Below, one piece after another: positions 63,991 through 64,000 of a DNA stretch of 64,000 nt; position 1 is the first letter of the stretch, and every line of letters starts with the position of its first letter. Position numbers and translations under genes: made by a program. This DNA comes from Felis catus (taxonomy: Eukaryota). The stretch spans positions 127,970,001 to 128,034,000 of the forward strand of contig NC_058368.1 in assembly GCF_018350175.1 (NCBI RefSeq). The letters are read 5' to 3'. The notes below the pieces were generated by a model that ran no database searches, was not told where the DNA came from, and saw only the letters and a program-made list of their open reading frames with translations.

Positions 63991-64000
63991 GTATTCTGAT

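Overview
Mammalian (felid) non-coding genomic DNA, most likely the interior of a large intron or an intergenic region. The felid assignment rests on 18 tRNA-derived Can-SINEs, two of them near-pristine copies of the young cat-type SINEC_Fc subfamily (37997-38225, 63560-63788), plus a carnivore L1 3' end. The rest is the usual eutherian repeat background (L1M, L2, MIR, MLT1/ERVL solo LTRs, MER5/hAT MITEs, a MADE2) with several repeat-poor stretches. I cannot support any protein-coding gene, RNA gene, CRISPR array or prokaryote-style system. The only ORFs I recognise are decayed L1 ORF1/ORF2 fragments, and the host gene is not identifiable from sequence alone. The best leads are modest: a promoter-like mini CpG island (~17.1-17.65 kb), a minus-strand AG|GTGAGT recursive-splice-like site (15713), a microexon-like acceptor with a ~97-nt AG-free zone (3313-3320), other short candidate exons, and a motif-dense hairpin-containing element (61.78-62.45 kb). 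Repeat subfamily names and old-repeat boundaries are by eye from recalled consensus features and need RepeatMasker/Dfam confirmation. I did not find evidence of a novel biological system.
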